Shown here: positions 47,114 to 56,744 of the stretch, piece after piece | Numbering within the stretch: position 1 is the first letter of the stretch | Layout of the letters: every line of letters starts with the position of its first letter | From: Candidatus Eiseniibacteriota bacterium | Lineage (GTDB): Bacteria; Eisenbacteria; RBG-16-71-46; SZUA-252 | Reading direction: 5' to 3' | DNA: 64,000 nt | NCBI GenBank assembly: GCA_005893305.1 | Contig: VBOZ01000008.1 | Coordinates: 9,286 to 73,285 of the forward strand | Program-made: the position numbers and the translations under genes | Notes under the pieces: generated by a model | The model's input: the letters and a program-made list of their open reading frames with translations, nothing else | Databases searched by the model: none | What the model was told of the DNA's origin: nothing

Positions 47114-49180
47114 TCAGCTCGCCCGGTTCTGGGCTGCGAGCTCGGCGTCGGCGAGGCGGAACTGGAGGCGGTGCAGCTTCTGGTAGAGTCCCGGAACCTG
47201 GACCAGCTCCGGATGGGTGCCGGTCTGGACGATCCGGCCCCCGTCGAGCACGAAGATGCGGTCCGCCCGCTGGATCGTCGAGAGTCGGTGCGCGATGACG
47301 AACACCGTGCGTCCCGCGAAGAGCGCCTCCAGCGCCTCCTGCACCAGAAGCTCGGATTCCGAGTCGAGGCTGGACGTTGCTTCGTCAAGGAGGAGGAGCG
47401 GCGGGTTCTTGAAGATGGCGCGCGCGATCGCGATCCGCTGCCGCTCGCCGCCCGAGAGCAGCATTCCGCGATCCCCGATCTTGGTCTGGTACCCCTCCGT
47501 CGTCTGGAGAATGAACCGCTCCGCGTTCGCCGACCGGGCGGCGAGACGGACCGACTCCTCGTCCGCGTCGGGAACGCCGTAGGCGATGTTGTTCCAGACG
47601 GTATCGTTGAACAGGATCGGCTCCTGGGTCACCACGCCCATCAGCCGACGGAGCGAGGCGACGTCGTACTCGCGGAGATCCAGGCCGTCGAGCAGGATCC
47701 GCCCCTGGCTCGGATCGTAGAAGCGGGCCACCAAATCGACGAGGGTCGACTTCCCCGCCCCGCTCGGCCCTACCAGCGCCACCATCTCCCCGACCCGCGC
47801 GCGGAAGGAGACGTCGTGCAGCACGTCGCCGCCGGATCCGTAGCGGAACGATACGCCCTCGAACTCGAACCCATCGCGGATCGACACCACCGTCCGCGCG
47901 TCGGGCCGGCTCGCCACGGTCGGCTGCGTGTCGAGGAGGCGGAAGATGCGCACCGCCGCCGCGAGCCCCTCCTGGATCGTCGCGTTCACGTTGCTGAGCG
48001 ACTTGAGCGGGGCCATCAACTGGAGCATCGCGAAGAGAAAGATGAAGAACTGCTGCGGCTCCAGAGCCCGTTGGAGGAGGATTTCGTGCCCTCCGTACCA
48101 GAGCACCAGCGTGGCGGCCACCACGCCGAGGAACTCCGTCAGGGGGCCGGCCATCGAGCCCAGGCGCTTCTGCCTCACGAAGGAGCGGAAGTAGTCCTGC
48201 GCCGCGCGGGCGAACTTGCGCTTCTCGAATTCCTCCATGGAGAACGCCTTCACCACCCGGATTCCGGTCAGGGTCTCCTGGAGGATCGAGTTCAGGTCCG
48301 CCATCCGCTCCTGGGTGATGGTGCTGCGCCGGCGCAGCTTCTTCCCGAGCCAGACGATGAGGAAGATCGAGGGCGGGATCACGATCACCGAGAGGAGCGC
48401 CAGCCGCCAGGAGGTCCAGAAAATCCAGAAGAGACAGACCGCCAGGAGGAGTCCGCTCTTGATGAGGTTGCTGAATCCGGCCGCGAGCGCGCCGCGCACC
48501 AGCGAGATGTCGTTCGTAAGACGCGAGAGGAGCGCCCCGGTTCGACGCGAGTGAAAGAACGACAGGGAGAGCTGGTGGAGGTGCGAATAGACCTCATTCC
48601 TCAGATCGCGCACGACCGCCTGCTCGACCCAGACGGTCAGCACGCTCTGCAGATAATCGAACGCATTCTTGAGGAGGAAGACGATCAGGAGCGTGAGGCA
48701 GATCCGGTTGAGCGAGCGGATGGGGTCGCCGGTCATGAAGAAACCTTCGAACCAGGTCCGCATGTCCCGCTTCCAGCCGGTGAACCGCGGCGCGATCCCG
48801 CTCTCCGGAGCGCCGGCGGATGCGCCCGGCGCAGGGCCAGCCCCAATCTCGCGCTCCGTCCCCATCCCACCCACGCCGGGGATCATCGCGATGGGCGCGG
48901 CCGGCTCGGCGGCGCCCGGAGCCCGCGGCCCGACGGCGGCCTGATGGCGCGGCGTGAAGAGGATCTTCACGAAGGGCGAGATCATGCCGATCGTGATCCC
49001 GCTCGTGAGGGCGAAGCCGACCATGAGGGCGGCGGTGACGAGGAGCCTACCGCGGTAGGGCCGCAGGTACTGGAGGAGACGGAGCGAGGCGCTCGATTGC
49101 TTGGTGCGGGGACGGGTCAAGTCGCGCGGGCCCGCTATTCGGCGGCCCACGGCCGCTTCGGGGCGATTCGGTCGAGCCAA
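47114..49180 (-). CDS. msbA: ABC transporter permease/ATPase, MsbA-like lipid exporter
   Basis: 688-aa ORF. Six-TM exporter domain followed by an NBD (GPSGAGKST, LSGGERQR, LLLLDEATSS). The listed start overlaps the upstream gene by 46 nt, so the true start may be internal. Confidence 0.8.
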   Translation of the reverse strand: MARPNRPEAAVGRRIAGPRDLTRPRTKQSSASLRLLQYLRPYRGRLLVTAALMVGFALTSGITIGMISPFVKILFTPRHQAAVGPRAPGAAEPAAPIAMIPGVGGMGTEREIGAGPAPGASAGAPESGIAPRFTGWKRDMRTWFEGFFMTGDPIRSLNRICLTLLIVFLLKNAFDYLQSVLTVWVEQAVVRDLRNEVYSHLHQLSLSFFHSRRTGALLSRLTNDISLVRGALAAGFSNLIKSGLLLAVCLFWIFWTSWRLALLSVIVIPPSIFLIVWLGKKLRRRSTITQERMADLNSILQETLTGIRVVKAFSMEEFEKRKFARAAQDYFRSFVRQKRLGSMAGPLTEFLGVVAATLVLWYGGHEILLQRALEPQQFFIFLFAMLQLMAPLKSLSNVNATIQEGLAAAVRIFRLLDTQPTVASRPDARTVVSIRDGFEFEGVSFRYGSGGDVLHDVSFRARVGEMVALVGPSGAGKSTLVDLVARFYDPSQGRILLDGLDLREYDVASLRRLMGVVTQEPILFNDTVWNNIAYGVPDADEESVRLAARSANAERFILQTTEGYQTKIGDRGMLLSGGERQRIAIARAIFKNPPLLLLDEATSSLDSESELLVQEALEALFAGRTVFVIAHRLSTIQRADRIFVLDGGRIVQTGTHPELVQVPGLYQKLHRLQFRLADAELAAQNRAS

Positions 49181-49536
49181 TCGAAATTGCGGACGAAGGC
49201 TTCGTCGAAATCGTATCCGCGCGCGAAGTCACTCCTCTTGTCGGCGTCGGTCTTTCCGAGGAGCCCCTGCTCCACGAGCTGGAACACGATCTCCCCGAAA
49301 TCCTCGGTGGTTCCGATCCCCCACTGCTCGAACACGGTCTTGGCCATCGGGCCGAATCGGGCCAGGGCCAGATCCCGGATCCCGTCCAGAAGCTCGCCGC
49401 CGGTGACGTGGCGAATCTCCTTGAGATGATCGACGGTGTGGTGGACCGCATCGAGCGTGAAGCGGTAGGCGTTCGGCTTGTAGCGGCCGTGTTTTTGCGC
49501 GACGTCCAGAATCGCGGTTTCGAAGTCTATCGCCAT
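49135..49536 (-). CDS. small conserved hypothetical soluble protein
   Basis: 133 aa with normal composition (MAIDFETAILDVAQKHGRYKPNAYRFTLDAVHHTV...). Its ATG shares 1 nt with the nadB stop (TGATG). It may belong to the Minf_1886-type family, from recollection only. Confidence 0.55.
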   Translation of the reverse strand: MAIDFETAILDVAQKHGRYKPNAYRFTLDAVHHTVDHLKEIRHVTGGELLDGIRDLALARFGPMAKTVFEQWGIGTTEDFGEIVFQLVEQGLLGKTDADKRSDFARGYDFDEAFVRNFDWLDRIAPKRPWAAE

Positions 49537-51176
49537 CAGCGCACGTCCTGCCGGGTGAGCACGGTGTCTCGGCGGTAGCGGCGGTCGTCGACCTTTGGAT
49601 GGTCGACGTTGTAGTGGAGCCCGCGGCTCTCCCGGCGCCGCCGGGCGCAGGCCACGATCAGATCCGCGACCAAGCCGACGTTCCTGAGCTCCACCAGATC
49701 GGCGTCGAGCCGATACCTCCAGTAGTCGCTCTCGGTCTGGTCCCGGAGCACCCGCACCATGGCCGCGGCCCGAGCCAGACGTTCGTCACTGCGTACGATA
49801 CCCATATAGTCCCACATGACCCGCCGCAAGGCATCCCAATTGTGGTCGAAGATCACCTGCTCCTTCGCCTGCACCGCCCCGTCCAGGCGCCAGGACGGGA
49901 GGCGCGGCGGCCGATCCCCGGGCTCCTGGGCCACTTGGCGGAGCACCGCCCTGCCGGCGCGGCGCGAGAAGACCATCGCCTCGAGAAGGGAGTTGGACGC
50001 GAGGCGGTTCGCCCCGTGGACGCCGGTCGAGGCCACCTCGCCGCACGCGTAGAGGCCCGGGATCGCCGTCCGCCCCTCCAGATCGGTGACGACGCCCCCG
50101 CACATGTAGTGTGCCGCCGGGACGACCGGGATCGGGTCGTGGAAGATGTCGTAGCCAAGCTCCTGCACGCGCTTCGTGATATGGGGGAACCGGCGCATCA
50201 GAAGCCGCTTGCCGAGGCGCGCCATGTCCAGGAGGACGTACTTGTCGCCGCGGCGCTTCATCTCGAAGTCGATCGCGCGCGCCACGGTATCGCGCGGCGC
50301 CAGCTCGCGCAGCCGGTGGTAGCGCTGCATGAACGGCTTTCCGTCGGTCGTGAGGAGCTTCGCGCCCTCCCCACGCACCGCCTCGGAGATGAGAAACGAC
50401 TTGGCTTCCGGATGGTAGAGGCAGGTGGGGTGAAACTGCATGAATTCGAGGTTGGCGACCGGCGCGCCCGCGCGGAACGCCGCCGCGAGCCCGTCGCCGG
50501 TCGCGATGTCCGGGTTCGTCGTGTAGAGGTAGGCCTTGCCGCATCCGCCGGTGGCGAGCACCGTGGCCTTCGCGGCGGCGGGAACGATCTCCCCCGTCGC
50601 CCGATCCAGCAGGTACGCGCCCCAGACGCGGTCCCTCGAGGGCAGCCTCCTCCGGCCTCCCAGATGCCGCGATTCGAGGATGAGATCGACGGCCAGGTGG
50701 TTCTCGAGAACCGTGATCTTGGGGTGAGCACGCGCTTTCTTGAGGAGCACCCGCTCGATCGCGTTCCCGGTCCGGTCCCTCGCGTGGACGATCCTTCGCC
50801 TCGAATGCCCGCCCTCGCGCCCCAGGGCGAACCGACCGCGATCGCGCGGATCGCGCGAAAACCGGACCCCGAGCGAAACGAGGCGCATGATCTCGGTCGG
50901 GCCGTCCTCGACCAGGACGTGAACCGCCTCGGGATCGCAGAGGCCGCGGCCGCATTCCAATGTGTCGCGCTCGTGGATCGAGAGCGCGTCGTCCTCCCCC
51001 AGCGCGGCCGCGACCCCTCCCTGCGCGTAATTGGTGTTCGACTCGAGGGCATCGACCTTGGTCGCGACGAGAACGCGCGCGAACTGGGCCGCGTGGAGGG
51101 CAACGGAAAGTCCCGCGATCCCGCTCCCGATCACGAGCACGTCCGCTTCGAGCTGGCTCTGCTTCGATCGCTTCAC
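49536..51176 (-). CDS. nadB: L-aspartate oxidase
   Basis: Track ORF trimmed to the GTG at 51174-51176 (GTGA overlap with the lpxK stop), giving 546 aa. FAD site DVLVIGSGIAGL; also GGCGKAYLYTTNP and GANRLASNSLLE. Confidence 0.88.
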   Translation of the reverse strand: MKRSKQSQLEADVLVIGSGIAGLSVALHAAQFARVLVATKVDALESNTNYAQGGVAAALGEDDALSIHERDTLECGRGLCDPEAVHVLVEDGPTEIMRLVSLGVRFSRDPRDRGRFALGREGGHSRRRIVHARDRTGNAIERVLLKKARAHPKITVLENHLAVDLILESRHLGGRRRLPSRDRVWGAYLLDRATGEIVPAAAKATVLATGGCGKAYLYTTNPDIATGDGLAAAFRAGAPVANLEFMQFHPTCLYHPEAKSFLISEAVRGEGAKLLTTDGKPFMQRYHRLRELAPRDTVARAIDFEMKRRGDKYVLLDMARLGKRLLMRRFPHITKRVQELGYDIFHDPIPVVPAAHYMCGGVVTDLEGRTAIPGLYACGEVASTGVHGANRLASNSLLEAMVFSRRAGRAVLRQVAQEPGDRPPRLPSWRLDGAVQAKEQVIFDHNWDALRRVMWDYMGIVRSDERLARAAAMVRVLRDQTESDYWRYRLDADLVELRNVGLVADLIVACARRRRESRGLHYNVDHPKVDDRRYRRDTVLTRQDVR

Positions 51177-52366
51177 CGACGGTCCGGTCCTTCCGTGCGG
51201 GAGATTGGCCCGATCGGGGGCGTCGCTGCCGCCGCGGCGCGGAGCCGCGCCAGCGCTCCCTCGACCGGGTCGAGGGGACGAAGTGAGGCCCGGAGCACGC
51301 GCACCGGGAGGGTCGAGCTCAATCCTCCGGGCCAGCGGGGCTCGTCCTTCTCCGTGATCAGGGCGATCGCGGCGCCGGCCCCCGACGCGAACCGGAGCGC
51401 GGAGGCGACCGCATCGGCGCTCCAGCGCGCGTGGTCCGGGAACACGGAATGCGAGGCGAGGCGGATGCCGGAAGCCCGCGCGAATCGCTCGAGGCGGGCG
51501 GGCGCTCCGACGCCCGAGAGAAGGCCGGCCGGCGGGGCCCCCGCGCCCCATGGCTCCGCCGTCCTTTCCCCGATCGCCGACGTACCGTCCAGATGGCGCC
51601 GGAACCGGAGCATCGGCACACCGGGAGCCCGCGCAGCGACCCAGCTCTTCGTCGCGGCCGGGAGCTCCACTCCTGCCTCCTCCATCACAAAGGCGATCAC
51701 CGAGGCCTCACGAAGGGTCGACGCGGGGCGGCGGAGCGGTCCCGCGGGAAGGACCAATCCATTCCCTTGAGGCCGGTCCGGGTCCAGGGTCACCCATAGC
51801 TCGTCCCACCGCAAGCCGCCCTGCTCCCAGCCGTCGTCGAGGATCGCGACCCGGGCGCCGTATCCGCTTTGCGCGGCGCGAGCTCCCCGGTACCGATCCC
51901 GATCGACCACGACCGTCGCCCCGCGCGGGAGGGCGGCGCGATGCGCGGCCGCTTCGTCTCCAAGGCGGTCCACCGCTTGCCCGAGCGGATAGCCGTCCAG
52001 ATCGGGCACCACATCGGTATCCCTGTCGCGCCGGATCGCGCCGTGGCCTCGCAGGAGTACCGCCGGGCTCGCGCCGAGCTCCATCGCCTGAAGGGCGAGC
52101 CACCGGGCGAGGGCGGTCTTTCCGGTGCCACCGACCGTGAGGTTCCCGATCGAGATCACATAGAGGCCGGGAAGAGAACGGCGAGCGTCCGCGGCGCGAG
52201 CGCGCGCGCGGGCGGAGGCCGCGGCGTAGACCGCCGCGGCGGGAAGGAGCGCGCGCGTCCACGGGATCGACCCGGCCTCGCCGGACCAGCCGCGCTCGAG
52301 GACGCCGACAAGACCGCGCCGCCTGGCACCGGCGAGACCCCGGCGACCCACGCTCTCCGGCCTCAT
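51173..52366 (-). CDS. lpxK: tetraacyldisaccharide 4'-kinase
   Basis: Track ORF trimmed to the ATG at 52364-52366 (ATGA overlap with the waaA stop), giving 397 aa. P-loop: IGNLTVGGTGKT. Confidence 0.85.
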   Translation of the reverse strand: MRPESVGRRGLAGARRRGLVGVLERGWSGEAGSIPWTRALLPAAAVYAAASARARARAADARRSLPGLYVISIGNLTVGGTGKTALARWLALQAMELGASPAVLLRGHGAIRRDRDTDVVPDLDGYPLGQAVDRLGDEAAAHRAALPRGATVVVDRDRYRGARAAQSGYGARVAILDDGWEQGGLRWDELWVTLDPDRPQGNGLVLPAGPLRRPASTLREASVIAFVMEEAGVELPAATKSWVAARAPGVPMLRFRRHLDGTSAIGERTAEPWGAGAPPAGLLSGVGAPARLERFARASGIRLASHSVFPDHARWSADAVASALRFASGAGAAIALITEKDEPRWPGGLSSTLPVRVLRASLRPLDPVEGALARLRAAAAATPPIGPISRTEGPDRR

Positions 52367-53739
52367 GCGATCGCGGGCGCCGATTTCGGCAGGAGACCCC
52401 ACGCCGCGAGCGCGGCGATCCCCCGCTCCGTGGCGCCCGACGCGCGCGCGGCCGCCCGCGCCGCCGCGGCGCCGACTCGCTCGAGCTCGGGGTCGGCGAG
52501 CCACGAGTCGAGGGCCTCGCGCAATCGCTCTTCCGCGCCGGTGACGATCCGCCCGCCTCCTTCGCCGACGATCGCATCGATCGCGGTGGCCACCTGCGCA
52601 TGGTAGGGGCCGACCAGGACGGGACAGGCCCGCGCCGCGGGCTCCCAGACGTTGTGGCCGCCGAACGGAGCGAAGGTCCCCCCGATGACGGCACCCCACG
52701 CCGCTCCATAGGCGCGGTCCAGCTCCCCTCGGGTCGCGAGGAGGGCGGCGCGCATTCCCGGGCGCCTCGAGACCTCGTCGATCCAGGAGACGACGTCGGT
52801 CCCTCGGGTGGCTTCGTCTCGAGCCGCGAGCTCGAACCCGCTCGACGCGAAGACCGCCCGCACGCGGGCTTCCCCGTCCGCATGCCGCGGGGCGATCACG
52901 AGGAGCGCGCGGCTCCTGCCCTCGAAGATGCCCTCGCGGTCTTGCCGCGCCTTCGCCTCGCCTGATTCCATCGCCGTTCGGACCCGGTGCCGCTCCAGCT
53001 GGACGCCCATCCGGAGCGCCGCCCCTTCCTCGCCGGGACGGAGGCTCCCGAAAATCAACGCCGGGCGAGATGCGAACGGTCGACCTTCGGGCACGCCGCG
53101 CGCCGCTCCGGCCGCCTTGAGGTCACCCATCATCCGGATCCGCTCCTGGGGAACGCCCAGCGATTCGAAGCGCGCGGCGTGCGCCTCGGATTGCGGCAAG
53201 GCGAAGATGCCCTCGCCAAAGAGCGCCCGGCCCGCGATCCCCAGGGACCGAAGGCGCGCCGTCGAGCGCTCCGAGATGGCAGCGCACACGAAGGTCACGG
53301 GCGAAGAGCGGCGCCTCGCCTCCACCAGCATGTTCGGCCAGATCTCGGTCTCGATGACGTCGATCCGTCTGGGCCGGGCGTCGTCCAGGACCGAGCCGAC
53401 GATGCCGGGCAGGTCATGCGGGGCGATGCGGGCAGCGACGCGGTCCCCGAGCTCTCTTCGCGCGCGTTCCAGTCCGGTCCGTGTCCGCGTTGTGAGAAGG
53501 ACGGGAGACCGCTCGCCGCGCGCGAGGAGCTCCTCGATCCAGGTCCTCGCCATTCCGACCTCGCCCATCGAGGCGGCGTGCACCCAGACCGTGCCCGTCG
53601 CGCGGTGGGTTTCCGTCCCGGCGCCGCGGAACCCGGCGCGCCAGATCCCGTCCACCGGACCGAGCCGCCCCAAGAGAGATGCTACGGGCGGGCCGAGGAA
53701 GGAGGTCGCCGCCCGGTACGCCGCGAGGCCGATCGCCAC
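52363..53739 (-). CDS. waaA: 3-deoxy-D-manno-octulosonic acid (Kdo) transferase
   Basis: 458 aa. VWVHAASMGEV and ETEIWPN are typical KdtA/WaaA motifs. Confidence 0.85.
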   Translation of the reverse strand: MAIGLAAYRAATSFLGPPVASLLGRLGPVDGIWRAGFRGAGTETHRATGTVWVHAASMGEVGMARTWIEELLARGERSPVLLTTRTRTGLERARRELGDRVAARIAPHDLPGIVGSVLDDARPRRIDVIETEIWPNMLVEARRRSSPVTFVCAAISERSTARLRSLGIAGRALFGEGIFALPQSEAHAARFESLGVPQERIRMMGDLKAAGAARGVPEGRPFASRPALIFGSLRPGEEGAALRMGVQLERHRVRTAMESGEAKARQDREGIFEGRSRALLVIAPRHADGEARVRAVFASSGFELAARDEATRGTDVVSWIDEVSRRPGMRAALLATRGELDRAYGAAWGAVIGGTFAPFGGHNVWEPAARACPVLVGPYHAQVATAIDAIVGEGGGRIVTGAEERLREALDSWLADPELERVGAAAARAAARASGATERGIAALAAWGLLPKSAPAIA

Positions 53740-53748
53740 CTGGCCGCC

Positions 53749-54930
53749 TCAGCCAGAGGACGCCGCCGCGGTGGCCGGGCGTCGCTCGGAGATGAACTCG
53801 AGGAGGGCATCGGCCGCGCGGCCGGCGGAGCCCGCGCCGCCAAGGCGCTCCTGGAGCGAGGCGAAGGCGGCGCGCTGCCGCTCGCGCTCGGCCGGCACAT
53901 CGAGGAGCGTCGCCGCGGCGGAGGCGATCCGCGGTCCGGTCGCGTTTCCCTGGATCCGCTCCGGCGCGGCGTCCGACTCCGCGACGATATTGGCAAGCCC
54001 GATCCGCTGGAGGCGCACCACGCGCCGCGCGATCGCGTAGTTGAGGGCGCCGGTCTTGTAGACGATCACCATCGGCACGCCGAGCGCGGCCGTCTCGAGC
54101 GTCGCGGTTCCCGAAGCCACGAGCGCCAGGTCCGCGGCGCGGAGCAGTGTCTCCGAATCGCCGCGATGGTGGATCGGCGCGATCAGCCGCCACAGATCGG
54201 CCACTCTCCCGCGCGAGGCGATCCCGGCGACCGGTCCCGCGTCGCTCACCGCGACCCGGATCCCCCGTGCGCCGTGGTTCACGAGCCGGGCGGCCGCCTC
54301 GAGCATGGGCCCGAGGTGGCGGCGCACTTCGCCGCGGCGGCTCCCCGGAAGGACCGCGATCAAGGTCTCCGAGGGAGCGATCCCCAGCCCGCGGCGTGCC
54401 TCTTCGCGCCGCCCGGGATCGGTGGTCAAGGCGCCGGCGGGATGCCCCACCCAGCGCGCCCGCGCTCCCTCGCGGCTCAGGATCGCCTCCTCGAAGCGGA
54501 AGAGCAGGAGCGTCAAATCCACGTCCTCCCGGAGTCGCCGGACACGCCCATATCCCCAGGCCCAGATCTGCGGACAGACGTAGTACACCACGCCGCGCCC
54601 CATGCGGTGGGCCGCTCGAGCGAGCCCGAGGTTCAATCCGGGCGAGTCGATCGGAAGGAAGATCGCATCGGAACGCCGGGCCAGCAGATCCACGAGCGCC
54701 GCGCGGGCGCGGCGGATCGCGGGAAGGTGGCGGATGACCTCTGCGAAGCCCATCACGGCCACCGACTCCATCGACGCGACCTCCGTGAAGCCGGCGGCGC
54801 GGAGCGCCGGACCCCCGAGGCCCGCGGCTTCAACCGAGACTCCGCGGGCGCGCAGGGCGTCGAGAAGCGCCGCGCCGAGCCGGTCCCCCGAGGGATCGCC
54901 GGCCGACACGATGAGGCTGACCGCGGTCAG
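53749..54930 (-). CDS. lpxB: lipid-A-disaccharide synthase
   Basis: Core begins SLIVSAGDPSGDRLGAALLDAL (compare the E. coli AGETSGD motif). There is no ATG/GTG/TTG close to it. The nearest candidate is a CTG overlapping the upstream stop at 54927-54930, so the start is uncertain. Confidence 0.8.
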   Translation of the reverse strand: MTAVSLIVSAGDPSGDRLGAALLDALRARGVSVEAAGLGGPALRAAGFTEVASMESVAVMGFAEVIRHLPAIRRARAALVDLLARRSDAIFLPIDSPGLNLGLARAAHRMGRGVVYYVCPQIWAWGYGRVRRLREDVDLTLLLFRFEEAILSREGARARWVGHPAGALTTDPGRREEARRGLGIAPSETLIAVLPGSRRGEVRRHLGPMLEAAARLVNHGARGIRVAVSDAGPVAGIASRGRVADLWRLIAPIHHRGDSETLLRAADLALVASGTATLETAALGVPMVIVYKTGALNYAIARRVVRLQRIGLANIVAESDAAPERIQGNATGPRIASAAATLLDVPAERERQRAAFASLQERLGGAGSAGRAADALLEFISERRPATAAASSG

Positions 54931-55898
54931 ACCGGAATGCCCTGGGGGAGAATCGGCGCGATCTGCCGCCCGATCAGATCGGCCGCCCGGAGCGCGTCGA
55001 GAGCCGTCTCCGACTCCGCCCACGAGCGCGCCGGCTCGGCCAGGAGGGAGAGGACGTGTCTGAGCTCGGACTCCAGCGGATCGCTCTCCGTTACGCGAAT
55101 CGCGAGCGGGCGAATCCGGCGCATCCAATCGCCGGCCTCCGCCCCGGCCGACGCGGGGGCGAGCGAATACGCCTCGATCGTCCGATTCAGGCAATCGATC
55201 GAGAGGTACTCGCTCGACTCGAAGAACCGGATCTTGCGGACCTTCTCGCGCGAGATCCGGCTCGCCGTCAGGTTCGCGACGCAGCCCGATTCCAGGACCA
55301 GCCGGGCGTTCGCGATGTCGATCCTCGGCGTGAGGACGGGAACCCCGACCGCGTGCACCTCCACGATGCGCGAGCGCGTGGCGAGGAGGGTCAGATCCAG
55401 GTCGTGGATCATCAGGTCGAGGACGACGTCGACGTCGATCCCCCGGTTGACCGGCGGGGCCAAGCGGTGGGCTTCGATGAACTTGGGGGAGCGAAGGTGC
55501 GGGAGCGCCGCCGCGACGGCGGGGTTGTGGCGCTCCACGTGCCCGACCGAGAGGACGCGCTCGGCGTGGCGGGCCGCTTGAAGCATCCGCTCGCCCTGCT
55601 CCGGGTGCGCCGCGATCGGCTTCTCGACGAGGACATGCACCCCGCGCCCGAGCGACTCGATCGCGAGATCGGCGTGCGCGGGGGTGGGGGCCGCGATCGA
55701 GACGAGATCGACCTGATCCAGGAGCGCTTCGAAAGAATCGAAGAACTTGAGCGCGGGCTCCCCGGCCGTCCGCCCGCGGGCGCCGGGGTCGGGGTCATAG
55801 GCCCCCGCGAGCGCCACCCCCTCGATCCGGGACCAGGCGCGCGCGTGGTGGGTGCCTAAGTGGCCGACGCCGACCACCCCGACGCGAACCGCTTTCAC
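54927..55898 (-). CDS. Gfo/Idh/MocA-family NAD(P)-dependent oxidoreductase
   Basis: 323 aa. Rossmann N-terminus VGVVGVGHLGTHHA and the EKP motif (VLVEKPIA). 4-nt overlaps with lpxA and lpxB. Confidence 0.8.
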   Translation of the reverse strand: MKAVRVGVVGVGHLGTHHARAWSRIEGVALAGAYDPDPGARGRTAGEPALKFFDSFEALLDQVDLVSIAAPTPAHADLAIESLGRGVHVLVEKPIAAHPEQGERMLQAARHAERVLSVGHVERHNPAVAAALPHLRSPKFIEAHRLAPPVNRGIDVDVVLDLMIHDLDLTLLATRSRIVEVHAVGVPVLTPRIDIANARLVLESGCVANLTASRISREKVRKIRFFESSEYLSIDCLNRTIEAYSLAPASAGAEAGDWMRRIRPLAIRVTESDPLESELRHVLSLLAEPARSWAESETALDALRAADLIGRQIAPILPQGIPV

Positions 55899-56701
55899 CG
55901 GACGATGCCCCGCTCCGAGCTCCGGACGAATTCCACGAATTCATGGACCTCGGGATACGGCTTCAGCTCCCCCTGGATCCGATCGAGGGCCTGGGAGACG
56001 TTGAGCTGGGAGCGATAGAGAATGCGATAGGCGCGCTTGAGCTCGAGGCGAACCTCGGCGGGGATCCCCCTGCGATCCATTCCGATCGCGTTCAGCCCGC
56101 AGGCCCGGAGCGGGTTCCCGGCCGCTTTCACGTACGGCGGAACGTCTTGAGGCACGCGCGAGCCGCCGCCGACGAACGCGTGGCAGCCGATCGCGACGAA
56201 TTGGTGGACCGGTGTGAGGCCGCCGAGAATCGCGTACTCGTCGACCCGGACGTGGCCGGCGAGATTGACCGCGTTGGCGAGGATGACGTGGTTTCCGAGG
56301 CGGCAGTTGTGCGCGACGTGGGCGTAGGCCATCAGGAGCACGTGGTCGCCCACGAGGGTGGTCTCCCCCTCTTCGGTCGCGGCGTGGATCGTCGCGTACT
56401 CGCGCACGGTCGTGTCGTTCCCGATCACGACCTCGCTCGGCGCGCCGCGATACTTCAAGTCCTGGGGCAGGTTCCCGATCACCGCCCCGTGATGGATCTG
56501 GCAACGGGCCCCGATCGTGGTGCGCCCCTCGATGACGACGTGGAGCCCAACGCGTGTCCCTTCCCCGAGCACGGCCTTCGGGCCGATGTACGAGAAGGGT
56601 CCGATCTCGACGCCCGGACCCAGCTCCGCCCCCTTTTCGACGATCGCGGCCGGGTGGACCGACGGCCTGGCGTGCTCCCGCGCGCTGGGGAGCGGGAGCA
56701 C
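55895..56701 (-). CDS. lpxA: acyl-ACP--UDP-N-acetylglucosamine O-acyltransferase
   Basis: Hexapeptide-repeat protein with an LpxA-type C-terminal helical domain. Track ORF 55895..56803 trimmed to the in-frame GTG at 56699-56701, 13 codons before VHPAAIV. The start is uncertain. Confidence 0.85.
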   Translation of the reverse strand: MLPLPSAREHARPSVHPAAIVEKGAELGPGVEIGPFSYIGPKAVLGEGTRVGLHVVIEGRTTIGARCQIHHGAVIGNLPQDLKYRGAPSEVVIGNDTTVREYATIHAATEEGETTLVGDHVLLMAYAHVAHNCRLGNHVILANAVNLAGHVRVDEYAILGGLTPVHQFVAIGCHAFVGGGSRVPQDVPPYVKAAGNPLRACGLNAIGMDRRGIPAEVRLELKRAYRILYRSQLNVSQALDRIQGELKPYPEVHEFVEFVRSSERGIVR

Positions 56702-56744
56702 CGCGCCCTCGACGCGGGCCCACGTCCCGGTCAGGCGATCGACT

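Noticed and set aside
46127-49429. 1100-aa plus-strand ORF, and similar giants at 11300..13924 +, 17940..19592 +, 19824..22253 +, 42633..44735 +, 52987..55581 +, 36703..39693 - and 40771..42462 -
   Set aside because: All are antisense to genes with clear family motifs. Their translations are Arg/Pro/Gly/Asp/His-rich with no hydrophobic cores or motifs. They are typical high-GC shadow ORFs where stop codons are rare in all frames.
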